Below are positions 34,076 through 46,770 of a DNA stretch of 64,000 bases, in pieces. The DNA lies in assembly GCA_028534125.1 (NCBI GenBank), contig CM052818.1, positions 47,742,001 through 47,806,000 on the forward strand, read 5' to 3'. How positions within the stretch are numbered: position 1 is the stretch's first letter; every line of letters starts with the position of its first letter. A model generated the notes under the pieces. The model had not been told where the DNA came from. It was given only the letters and a program-made list of their open reading frames with translations, and searched no databases. The position numbers and the translations under genes are program-made. The stretch is from Lama glama. Taxonomy: Eukaryota.

Positions 34076-36833
34076 AAAGCGATGACCGCTCCTCTGGCTC
34101 CCACACCCTCCCCTGCCCTCCAACACGCCCGAGTCATGACTGCATCTCTCCATGTTCAAGACCAGGTCAAGTGTCTCCAGCCCCACAGCGCATGCCTGGC
34201 CGCTCTCACTGCCAAGAAGAAAGAGCCGCGCAGGGAGACCCTGCTGGACCTGCGCCCCCTGCGCTGCTCTGGAAAAACAGAGGCAGAGGCTCCCTTCCCA
34301 GTGTGCCATCCGAGCCTCAGAGTAAACTCCTGTCAGGCTAAGCTTCAAAACATATGAACACGGGCCAGTGTTGACCTGGAAACCTCAGAGGGCTTGGCTC
34401 TGCGGTGAAGACCTCCTTGCAAAGGAACAAACGTCTCCAACAGGGCTGTCCATCCTCCCAACCCGTCCCAGGGGAGAAGGAGGAAGATAGAAAATTAAAG
34501 GGCTTCAATGAGCAAGAGACCGAAACAGAACGCAGTGTACTTTTCTACCTCCCTTGCTCCCATGTCATCTTCCAAAGTCCCCAGTGTCACAGAGCTTCCT
34601 CTCAAACACGAGGCCTTCTGTACTTTCCTAAAGAAAAATCAACTCTTAGAGTCACAGGGCTGGGGAGGCCTTAGGAAGCAAAGGGTCACATAAACACACC
34701 ACATCCTAAGTGCACGTGTTTTTAAGAAGTGGTCCACAGGGCTGGTCACCCCTCACGGTCCCAGGTGCTGACAAAGTTAGCCCTTTTCAGCACAGGCAGC
34801 AGCTCTGGCCCAGGAGGAGAAAAGTGAAGCCTCAGCTCCCTGACAGCCTGAGGCCACCAGGACCCCAACACCTGGGCCACCGGCCGTGAAGGCGGCACAG
34901 AGCTGGTGACTGCTTGTGACCAAGCTGGGTGTATGGACCGCAGGCGGGAAGACAGCGGACTGGCCTTCCTCCTTCATGCTGCACTTACCCCCACGGGTGT
35001 CCGGACAGCCCGCCAGGCCCCTCGGGCCTCCGCCCCCCGAGTCTGCATGTCTGTCTGTCTGTCCGTCTGTGCATCTGTCCATCTGTGTGCCTGTGCAGGT
35101 AAGCAGGCTGGCCAGGACCAGGAAGGGGTCCCAGGGGCTGCCTGGGATTCAAGGTAGAAGGAAGAGGGTTCTGCATCCTCCAGTTCAGCTCAGATCACAC
35201 ACGGTATTTGGTCTGGGGGAAAAAAGTTCCACTGACAAAACAAAAGCGTTTTGTAGACAGGTGGCCTCTCTCCGTTGCCGCGGCCCCTGCGGGTCTGAGA
35301 TCCTCCGACTTACCCTGAAGCTGTGGACAGGCCTTGGGCCTGGTAACGCCGCCTCCCCGACGGACAAAACCAAGGACCGAGAGGCTCCGTATTCCTCCAA
35401 ATCCCGTATTTTCAGGCATGTGCACCCGGAACCCGGGGTCGGGACACGGGTATCCCTGTGCTGCCAAGCCACTCGCACATCCTGCCGAGGTCCCCGGGAA
35501 GGACTGGGAGGGAGCGGCCAGCCCGGGACCCCGTGGGAAGCCAACTGTGGTCACATGGATGTTCCCAGAATAGTGGACCCTGAGGCCCTGGCCTGGCACG
35601 AAAAGCCACATCAAAGTCCCACGAGCTTGCCGCTCTGATTCAGGAGAGAGGCCGCCGCAGAGCAGTTAAAGGTGCGAGTCACAGCCTGGCTATGCGACGC
35701 CCCGGCCCCGGAGCTCCCCAGGGCGCCTCGGGGAGGGGTCCCTGGGCCACCTTCACAAGGGCTGTGCTGAGGGGTCTACAGGGAGCTCAGGAACTTCCTT
35801 TGAAGGAGGCCACTCCACCTGTAACAGGACGTTTTACCCTCTCTAACCAGGTGATGGTTAAGGTGGGGAAGGAGCACGAGGGAGGCTGGTCCTTTCTGTC
35901 TGTCTGTCCATCCTGTCTCTGTCATGGCAGCTGGCAAGTTAGCTGGGGTCTATCCTTAAATTTTTCCATTTTACCTTCGGGACATTTCCCAGCCTCCACG
36001 GGAGCAGCAGGCTGGCAGGGTCTGGGGAGGGGTGGCCGGGCAGGGCGGAGAGGGATGAGCCCCAGCCTCCTGGGAACAGTGTGCCCGCGCCCAGCAGCCA
36101 CACCCCAGACCGCTGGGTGTCCATCTGTCAGCTTCCCCACAGGACAGAGGCCCCCAGGGACCCATATGCTTCCCAGAACCTCCCCTGCCTCCCCCACCCT
36201 CCAGCCTGTCCCTGCCTGACTGGGCACAGCCGAGACGAGGTGGCCTCAGTCCAGGAGAAAAGCTGAGGACCCAGGATCGGGCGGCTGGAAACAGACAAGT
36301 CGGGACTGGGCGCTGGGGGAGCGGGGGGCACAGCCCCCACGGTGCCCCCAGGACAACACGGTTCAGAGACTGGGAAGGGTGGACACAGGGACATTTCTTT
36401 TACTGAAAATGAAAGCATTTGTAGTCAGTGCTCATTAAGTGTTCTCTAGGGTTTATGAGAGGCCCCAAACCAAAAGGGTTCAAAAAGTCTAAGTATTTAG
36501 AGAAATTACAGTGTTATTCAAGCCCATAAACACGTGGAAGCCAGCTCTGTGTCACAGCGCATCGCAGAGCTGCTCGGGACCACAGAGACCAACCACGGAG
36601 GTGCTCCCCCCACTCCCCACCCCGGCAGAGGCCACAGCATCCTCTGTGCATCGGGTACTTTGAGCAGGACCAAGGCCAAAGTGGACATCAGGTAGACCAG
36701 GCTCCCTCGGCGTCATCCCCTTGTCAAGCTCCCCCTTCTCCGTCACATCCTTCCAAATAGCCACACTTCACTCACACACGCATGCACGCACGCCAGAGAA
36801 TTCAAAAGGGAATTTTTAAAAACGCAGTTCAGC

Positions 36834-36990
36834 AGGGAAGGGGCAGCTTAGTGCTAGAGCACATGCTTAGCACGCACGAGGTCCTGGGTTCAGTCCCTAG
36901 TACCTCCAAAACATAAATAAATGAATAAACCTGATTACCTTTCCCCGCAAAAAGTTTTAAAAACAGAATTCTATAGCTATCTTAAAAAAA
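36834..36990 (+). mobile_element. tRNA-Ala-derived SINE (vic-1-like)
   Basis: gggaaggggcagcttagtgctagagcacatgcttagcacgcacgaggtcctgggttcagtccctagtacctcca plus tail. TSD-like aaaaacgcagtt / aaaaatgcagtt. Confidence 0.85.
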
Positions 36991-37654
36991 AATGCAGTTA
37001 ATTCTCGCAGCAAACATGTACAAAGTGCATGCACACCTCCAGGCGACCTCAAAGCCGGAGGAGATGCAGGGCTCCCGCACTGAGCTCACAGTCCACTCAC
37101 AGCGGGGCAAGTCTGTGACTACAGGCAGGAAGGCTGCGGGCTGCGGCCAGCCCAGGGCACAGGGAAGGGGCTCCCCCAGCTAACTGGCTCTCAGGACATG
37201 CTTCCTGAAGGCACGTGATCCTGGGAGGAACCACTGAGCCGTCAATCCTCGGACTCCGGGCAGGTGTGTGCTGAGGGCCTGAGTGTAGACGAGGCTGCGG
37301 TTGGCCAGGAGCTGCCTGGTGAGGTCAGATAAAGACTCTGAACTTGGCCCTGGAGGCTCTGGGAGCCACTGCTGGAGTCTGGAACAGAGAGCATGTTTGT
37401 CATTTGAGCACGACTACTCCACAGCACCAGGGGCAGAGGAAACAGTCAGAACCTTGCTGCAGATCAGCAGTTCAGGAGTGCCCGCCTCACCGTTTTCCAT
37501 GGTGCACGTATGTAGTGAAACATGTAATGTACGAGGAACAGACTGTAAACCACCAAGCCTTCCAGGAGCCTTATGCTGAAGCTGAGCAGCGCCCCCAGGA
37601 GATGACAACGGAGCATTTTGAGGATATACCAGCAGAGAAATGGAAAGAATCCCT

Positions 37655-37840
37655 AAGAGTCAGGAGACCCGGACTCAAGACCCGACTGCATGTTAAATCC
37701 ATGAGCTCCTGAATGATGCCACAAGCCCCTGGAAGCCTCTGTACCATCATCCTTCATTTGGGATTAATAACAGCTGCCCCACTCCTCCCAGGGCGGTCAT
37801 GGGGACGGATGAGATCACTTACATACATGAAACACCAAGT
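37655..37840 (+). mobile_element. MIR SINE remnant
   Basis: gagtcaggagacccggactcaagacccg...gcctctgtaccatcatccttcatttgggattaataacagctgcccactcctcccagggcggtcatggggacggatgaga resembles MIR. Confidence 0.5.
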
Positions 37841-39899
37841 CATCAGGGTGTATACGTGGGAGCAACAACACGGGGGCTGACGCCTCCTCCTGCTCTCAGC
37901 ATCTTGACTCTCCAGTTCCGCCAGTTCACAGCTATCTCAGGTGCATACATGTGCCAGACATGGAGGATACCAAGACAGTTAAGGAAGGCGCTGTCCTCGA
38001 AGAATTTACAGGAAAATAAATGACCATTACTGTGCATCCTGTCCCAGAAAACTAAAAACAAGAAAGGAATTTGCCAGTCCGCAGCCAAGACTCCTTGCTG
38101 TCAGATTCAATCCTCTGTGAATCAGACCCCGCTTGCCGTGTAATCTGGGCTATTTGGGGACAGCCATAAACCTTAAAAAGGTTCAGAGCCATCTCCTAGT
38201 TGTCAAAGGTCTCAGAGGACCCACAGCCACGTGATATTTTTATAGCTTCTTTCGGAGTCCAGAGCCACGTGGATTCTGGGCTCACTCTGAATTTAACTAG
38301 CATTTAAGTGTGCTGATTATAGCTGCAAACACACTTCTTATTCCAGCGTGTGGTTGGCGAGGTGGCCGGGAGAGAAGACTTGGAAATTTACAGCACAGAA
38401 ATAGCATGCGGTCTGTCTGCTTGAAGGAATCGGTCCCTCTGTGACCAGCAGCGAAGGGCCTGAAGCAGACACAGGACAGAGAACAAAAGGAGGCTTTCTG
38501 TCCCCGTCCCTGTTACCGGCCACCTTTTCCACAGTCTGGGAAGACCCCCAGAGCAGGCAGCAGTCCCAGGGCTGGGGTTTAAGAAGAGATGGGACATGGC
38601 AAGTCTAGGTGGAAAACTGGGGTCACCCACACAAAACAACTAGACGTGGTCTGAATATAAAGGAAATAATACACATGGACATGTGGGACTCGCTTCCTAG
38701 TGACTTTGTACGAAGGAGCAGCTCTGCCTGGTTGTAAATGAACAATTGGTGGTGGGAGGGCCTAGAAGGGGCCGCAAAGACCGGAACTCTGGTCCAGCTG
38801 CCATCCAGCCTTGTGACCCACCGGAGCTTCCTGCTTCTCCTCTACTGGACTGGGGGTTAAATGGAAAGGCCTTTTGTGTGGGTCCTGCAGTTCCTGGCTT
38901 TCCCTGGAGGGCCGGGGCAGCAGAGGGTAGGGGTACTTAGGTGGCGGGGCACAAGGACCCCAAGCTTGTTCCAGTCTGAGCCTATTTATTCTTAAAACAT
39001 CAAGCTTCCACAAGACATCTCTGAAGAAAGGATTACTAAGCCACCTCAAATAATTTTGGAAACCGCTGTGCTACGTGAGCAACGTGGCTCCTTCCAAGCA
39101 GAACGTCCTGTGACTCTACATCCAGACACATCGGGGCTGCCTTGCAGGGACACAATCCAGAGAGGAGGAAGCTCTGACCTCGCCCTCCCAGGGTTGGGCA
39201 TCGTGCCTTGGACACCAAGTACACACATCTGATAATGAAACCCTGGCATGTGTGTCCCAGAACTCCACGTCACCGAGAGAAACAAGCGACAGAGATTTCT
39301 TTTTTAAGAAACACACTCTTGGCCTCTTTTTTTTTTTTTTTTTGAGGGGAGTTGGTGGGACTCTCTTTGTAAATGTTGAAACACTATAGAAAATAAGGGT
39401 AAATGAAATCATAGGAAATGTAAGTGTCTAGAACACCATGCTAATAAGAACTAATTTGAACACTGCTGTGTCCTTTCTATTCGTTTGCAGAATGCATGAA
39501 GGGGCCCCTCTACTTACATACAGGTTAAGCTGGGGCCAGCCATCCAGTCCACACTGACCAACAGATATTTCTTTACATCAGCACCTGCTGCGCCCACTTC
39601 GCTGACCATCTATGTAGGAGCCATGAGAACCTCCCTAGGGGCAGGGAAGGGTCATTGCCTTCTGCGATGCTGAATACTGAAATGGGCTTGGAAACTATCC
39701 GTATCTTCACTAGCAACGAAGATGTAATTACTTAAAAACAAAACTGGGACAGATCGACTTCTTTCAGTATGATGCATTACAGTCTATAAAGGTCTCTCAC
39801 CCTGAAAATAACTGAAGTCCGGTTAAAATATTGAACTAAAAATTAAAAAAATAAGCACATCTAGCTGATAAATTTCTAAGTCAATTACAAGTGTTCTAA

Positions 39900-42800
39900 G
39901 GCTTTTGTGTATTTTGAGAACGAAGGAATTAAAACATTCATTTTAGACCTTAGGTATTCATGGTAAAATTTCAGCAGTATCCACTAAGAGAAGAGAAGTT
40001 AAATGTGTGGCCTCCCGATTGTACAAGGACAACCATGCACTTGAAAAAGAAGTTTTAAGAAGCAAGGAAGAAAATAGTATAAAGAAAGCAAGAAAGAAAA
40101 TAGTATAAAAATAATTTAGAGGAAAAAATCCAACTCTATTAAATAGTATAAGAAAAAAACTGATTAAACTCAACAGTGAAAAGAAAGAAATGATAAAATT
40201 GAATTTTAAAAACAGAGATGCACACAAAACCATAAGAAACTGGAAAGATCGGAAGTCAAAGGATGGAGAAAGGTGATCCAGGAAAATGCAACCAGAAGAA
40301 AGTTGTCAGATAAAAGAGGATTTAAAGCAAAAATCGTAACTAGGGTAAAAGGCAACTTCATAATAATAAAAGATCCGATTCATTATGTGGCTATAATAAT
40401 CCTAAATTTGTATATAGCAAATAGCCTCAAAATATAGAATGCAAAAATGATACAGTTTCTGAAAAAAAATGAAAAATCTGAAAAAAATGACATCACAGTG
40501 GGGAACTTCACTATATAGTTTAATTTAGCAACCAAAAAAAATGGGGAAAAATACAGAAGATATGGAAAGTGCTACTAACAGTCTAAGTTTAATGGACCTA
40601 GGTGACTCTCATAATCAGCAAACTGAAAATCCACAATCTTCTTAAAAATACATACAGTATTTACAAAAGTTGACATTACACAAGGACATAAAGAGTGAAT
40701 CAGCACATTTCTGACAACTGGTATCATACGGATCAGTGCAGTTAAGACAGACACCAATAATGGAAAGATTCTCCATGCTGGAAAACTGTAGAAGACTAAT
40801 CAAGAAACTCATGGGTTTGGAAGAAAACATAGAACTTTAAAAACATATCTAAACAATGCTGAGAATTTTATGTAACAAAACCTATGAGATGCCATTAAAG
40901 CAGTGCTGAGAGAGAAATTCATAAACTTAAATGCTTATGTTTTAAAAAGAAGTCTAAAAATTACTGAGCTGTCTCTAGCTTAAGAAGTTAGAAAAGCAAC
41001 AGCAGAATAAACACAAAGCAAGCAGAAGGAAAGTCCTATTAACAGATAAAAACAAAAATAAATATAACACAAAATAAAGTTAAAATAAAGAGTCAAAAGT
41101 ATTTTTCTTTGAAAATAATAATAAAGCATACACTATCTGGCAGGTTGGTCAAGGAAGAAAAAAGAGATATGGCCCAAGTAAACTATATTTTGTAATGAAA
41201 CAGAGGAGGGATTTAAAGCTAAACAAATAATTTTATGCTTATTTTAACTTGAAAAAGAGGGAACTATGATTATACTCCTAGAAAAACATAATTTAAGAAA
41301 ACTGAAAAAAATCAGTTAAAAAAGAAATGAGTTCAAATAATTTTATAAGCCTAGAAAAATTAGTTCTTGTTTTTAGCTGAGTACTACCAAAATTTCAAGA
41401 GCAGATAATTCAAATCATACACAAATCTTGCAAGAAATAGGAAAAAGAAGAAAAATAGGGCAGAAAAATCCTCTGAATCAGACAAAAGCAGTTAAAGGAA
41501 AAATATAGGCTAACCTCACTCATGAGTAAAGAAACAAAAATTTAAAAGAAAATAAGAGCAAATAGAATACAGATGTGCATCAGACATGTATTTAGGGGAA
41601 AAAAATTAAGTTGAACAGGCTAGATTTATCCTAGGAGCTGAACAGAGTCTACCATTAGACTAAGTCATATGTGTACTCTAACATAGTAAGAGGAAAATGG
41701 TAGAAATCATATGGCCGTCCTAACAGATGCAGAGCAGCCTTTGATAAAACTCAACATGCACTTAGAATAAAAAAGGAAAACAAAATTCTGCAAAACAGAA
41801 ACATAAGGGAACATCCTTAACCAATAAAAGGTAACTGGAAAAAAGTGACAGCAAACATCATTCTTAACTAAATTAGAACATTCCTTATAAAGATCAGGAA
41901 CAATGAAGAGCTATCCTCTATTGTTTCAATTCATTTTTGTACTGGAAGTCCTAACTCAAACAGGAAACACAGGAAAAAGAAAATGTGAGAACTGAAAAGG
42001 AATAAGCAATACTTTAATTACTGACAAATGACTTTTTACATATAGGAGGATCTATAGACAAAATGTTAGAAATACTGAAGTAACTGGATGCAAGATTAAT
42101 CTTTAAATGTCAATGATGCTTTCATCCTCCAGCAAAGATGCCATCTCCAAAGGCATCCCAAAACTAACGTGGCTAGGAGCAAACCTATGTTATCTGTACC
42201 TAGGAGGACACAGAAAATGAGTAACATCTATCTACAGAAGAGGATAAACTTTCCCCAAAAACATGTGGGGAAAGATAAATCTATAGTTGGTGATACAATG
42301 TTCATGGATAGGCAAACTCAATATCAAAAAGAGTCAATTCCTTCTCAAGTGAGCTACAGATTGAATGCAGTCCAAGTAAATGCCACACAAGTCTTGTTAT
42401 TTTGATTATTGCTGTTGCTGTTGCTGTTCTATAAACTAACTCTAAAACTTCTATAGAAGGACAAAAGCCCAAGTAGAGCCAAACATTACCCCCTAAGAGG
42501 GAAACGGTGAAGGGACCAGATACGAAGAACGCAGAGAGCTGCAGAAAGTCAGAGCAGGCTGTGTGACACGGAAGCGGACAAATAAACCACGGCACAACTA
42601 CAGAAGACACAGAAACAAACCCATGCACCCAGCAAACAGCACATTACAAGTGTGTTATCTCAGATCAATGGGAAAAAAAGGATTATTCAATAAATGGTAT
42701 CAAGTGAATGATTATGCCTTGTGGATAAAAATAATATTGGATTCCCTCTCACACACAAAAATTAATTCCAAATAATTTAAAAGCTGATAAAAAGAAAGTT

Positions 42801-43730
42801 AAGGGAGTAACTTATAACCCTGGGATACAGAAAAGTATCTACAGAAAGACTAACTATAAATAAGCAAGGCTGATACACTAAATACATTGAAATCAAGACC
42901 TTCTATTCATCAAAAGTCACCTTGTGAAAATACATGGCACACACTAGAAGGTAATGTTTTTAGCACATGAAACCAACAATACAAGTCTTCAGAATATAAA
43001 GAGAATGCTTTCAGATCAATGGAGGAAAAATATGCAATCCACTGGAAAACTAGAAAAAGAGATACACACGCCTTTCACAGCAGGTGAAACGATGGCAATT
43101 AAAAATGTGGGAAGAAGCTCAAGATCGCTGGCACACTAAATTCGCTTCATTATTCATTTGACAAAAATCAAAAAGTCCAATAACACCAAGCGTTGGGGTA
43201 AGACCGGTGTGAATCTCAGAGGAAGCTGTCACGCACCGCTGACGACAACGTGGGTTGATGCAATCACTATGGACACTGTCTTCTAAAGCTGGTCATGGAT
43301 CAGCCTTCCGTTGGGCCTCAATGCTCCTCCTAGGTACACAACCAAGAGGGAAAAACGCGTATGTGCAGCAGAGATAGGCACCCACGGGCAGGAGGAAGCA
43401 GGAATCGCCGGGGGTTAACCTTATCACATACTATGTAAGGGAGATGAATAATGCTAGCTACCCAGAACAAGCTGCTTAAACCTTAGACACAAGACACTGA
43501 GTGCACAAGTCTACCCCCCGCAGGACGCCATTTTTAACGAGTAATATGGTACATACTTTAGGGACACAGGCTACCAAGAATAGCAAGGGAAGATTAAATG
43601 ATCGTGCGGAGGAACGGCAGTCAGATGAGGGAGAACCTCCACGTCCTCCCAGAGGAATGTCACAGTGTTGATGACGTTTCTGTTGAAGAGACATGTTCAT
43701 GGACATGCATTCATTATGTTTCATAAAAAG
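39900..43730 (+). mobile_element. Ancient, heavily decayed L1 (L1ME-like) covering much of ORF2 and the 3' UTR
   Basis: Strongly A-rich 3.8 kb with L1 ORF2 landmarks in order: aaaggatggagaaag...tcagataaaagaggatttaaagcaaaa (endonuclease), cagatgcagagcagcctttgataaaactcaaca (RT), taaagatcaggaacaa, ggattattcaataaatggt. No intact ORF. Confidence 0.78.
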
Positions 43731-46224
43731 GTTCCTACCTAATACATTTCTTCAAGAGCTCTGCTAAGAATGGCATTACAGCATAAATCTGGCTCAGATT
43801 TAAAATGGGTATCTTTTCATGTGCACTAGATTTTCTAGATGACTAAACTAACAAAAAAATTAAAAGTTAATAGTGGTTTTCTCTGGAGAGGACAAAGAGA
43901 GAAAGCATTTAAATTGGTATTTAAGAAAATAAATTCTCTATAGTTACAGTTTAACAATTTTACTATATGCACATGCATATTTAAAAAAAATTAAGGAACC
44001 AGCTTAATGGGTAAGCTTTAGGAACTCCAACTTGGAGGTGAAGAGTAGCAACAGCTCCTCCGTGGATCCAGAAAGCCCACTGTTGATTCACTGTTAATGA
44101 ATTTAAAGACAACACGGATGTTCTGGCTGAGGTGGTGCTCAGATCTCTGAATGGAAGTCCTGGACGATGTCCATGCCCTCCCCACACTGCCATCTCCCTG
44201 GCCAGAGAGGCAGCTGTGGGCTCAAGAAGTCTAGATTCAATTCCAATACCTGCTCTTGAGGTCTATGGATTTTGTGATCCTTTTAATAAAGAGGACCACC
44301 TTTGTATCCTGTTCCATAAGAGAATAAGAACCTTCCTCAGTCCGTGTACTTATGATTTCTCCTCTGCTCTGTTGGAAGCTTTCTGATTCCCTACAATAAA
44401 AGAAAAAAAAAAGGAAGAAAAAGGACTATGAAATGCTTTCCCATGAAATCTCTTCAAAGATTATGAAATACGATTATTCCCCATCTTGGAACAATTTATA
44501 AACAAAACATCCTGTTAATCCTCACATTTAGTTCACTCACTCACACAGTGGAGAAACCGCAGTAAGCTCTCCATTCTGACTTTTCAAAACCCCAACTGCA
44601 TTTGGTCTTCTTTCTGAGTGGCGTTGCTGGTAAGATGACACCCTCTGGTACTCACGTCGGCTTGCTCTACAGTGTTGAACCTGAACTGGGCAAAGGGATC
44701 CAGAATAAAATGACAAAGTACCTTGTGGTCATCTTGCGTGGCTAACACTTCCAGGGCTAGATGTCCCTGGCCCCCCGGCCTCTCCTCTCCCAACACCAAC
44801 CCTGCCCATTAATGGACTTCACAGTGATGCTTCTGAACTCCGCAAATAATGCATCATATTTCAATTTACGCAGCCCCTCCCATAGCTGCGCAGTTACTAT
44901 TCGCACTCGAGGCATCTTTAGAAGCCCATAAAGCACAGGTCAACCTCGCTTTATTAAAGGGGATCATTGTCTTCCAAAACGCCAACATCCAGGGATGACC
45001 ACCCCATCCTGCTGCCACCGCCTCCTTGCCCACGGGGATCCTGTAGTTGTCTTGCAAACCTAAATGACGTTCATCCTGAACCAAGACTTCCGAATCCTCC
45101 CTGTTCTCCTGGTGCCAAGAGTCCATCTAAAACCTTCTTTATCAGCAGGAAGGTCAAGTGAGATCCGGAAGCTGGGCGTCCTGGGTTTGTTGCCCTCCAT
45201 CAATTACCAGTTGCATCATCGTAAACAAGACACTTTCCAGGCTTAGTTTTCTCGACTGGACGATGGGCAAACAGCAGCTGTAACGCCGGGAGAGCTGAGT
45301 CAGCCGGCACAGCCGCAGTGCGCTCGGAGGTTCACGTACGGGCTCCAAAGCGACAGACCCAGGGCGGCTGGCGGCAGCCCCCGCTACTTCGTCTCCCCCT
45401 AGATCTTTGCACAGTGGCTTCAGGAGCCCGAGAGTAATGCAGATTCCTCCAAGGCTGTGGCTTCACCCTCCACGCTGTCGTGGAAAACATCCCTTAGCCA
45501 GATCCTCCAAATTCCCACAGCCTCCTGGTAATCAGGATGTCTCTCCTCAGAGAACAAAACGCTGGGCCCCCCTCGCAGCTGTGAGCAGCGTGCTTCCCGT
45601 CACCCTCCTGCGTCTTCTGCGGTTCCAAGGTTTGGCCACACGCACGCCCACATCCCCCTCACTGCGCCTTCCCTCGGGTCCCAGGAGAGCTGCAGGTGGT
45701 CATTTCATTTGCATCTGGTTCTCAGCCAGTAACTAACAGCTGGACATTGTTTACACATCATGAGAAACTTCCCCATCCTTCAGGCGCATCTGCTCCTCAC
45801 GAAGGACTTCCAGAGAGGTGGGAAGCACCGCCGTGGTTCCTGTTCTACAGTGAAGGAATCCGGGCCCTGCGAAGTGAGTGCCTCTCCCAGGGCAGGAAGT
45901 GGTAAGGCTGGGCCGGACCTGCCTTCTCACTCCCCGTGTCTCTCCCTTCCCACTACACCACAGAGCCTTGAATTTGTTCTCTGTGGCCCAAAGCAGAGAA
46001 CTTTTGGGTTTTTTATGTCTGGGCTACAGCCAAAAATAACTTTTTAAAAGTACGTAGGCCTTTAGCACACTCCTTAGTTGCCATTAAAAATTATAGAAGA
46101 ATTTTAAATAGTTGCAGAAGATGTAACTTCTGACATACTGGAAATTCTGCCTTTTTAAAATAAAGCAACAATAGTTGAAAAAACGCAATGTCTAATATAT
46201 CACTTATTTTTTAAAAATATGCAT

Positions 46225-46770
46225 GAATAGTGGAAGCAATCCTGAGAAAGAACAAAGCTGAACACGTCCTGATCTCAAACTATATGACGAAACTACAGTA
46301 ATCAGAGCAGTGCGATATTGGCATGAAAAGACACACAGATCAATGGAACATAATAAAAATCCCAGAAATAAACCCTTAAGTACATGATCAACTAATTTTA
46401 ATCTTAAAAAAAGACTCATAGAAACAGAGAGTAGAACGGTGGTTGCCAGGGCAGGAGTGTGGGAGAAACAGAGAGAAGCTGGTAAGAGTGCAAACTTTCA
46501 TTTATAAAATGAAGATCTCAGGGTCTAAAGTATAACATGCTGATTATAACTGATAACGCTGTACTGTATACATTTGCTAGGACAGTGGAACTTATGTGTT
46601 CTCACCCAAAAAAGGGCAAATATATGAGGTGATGGATACAGTAATTATATGATAATTAACTAGACTGCAGAAATCCTTTCATAATGTGTATCAAATTATT
46701 GCAATGCATGTTTTAAATATATTATAATTTTATTTGTCAATTATACTGCAATAAAACTAAAAAAAAATAA
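46225..46770 (+). mobile_element. Old L1 fragments (ORF2 piece joined to an L1MA-like 3' end)
   Basis: gcaatcctgagaaagaacaaagctg...cagatcaatggaac...ccagaaataaaccc, then gaaacagagagtagaacggtggttgccaggg...tttatttgtcaattatactgcaataaaactaaaaaaa. Confidence 0.8.

Noticed and set aside
34916..35638. 240-aa ORF
   Set aside because: Low-complexity G/P/R/S-rich translation, non-ATG start, no recognisable homology.
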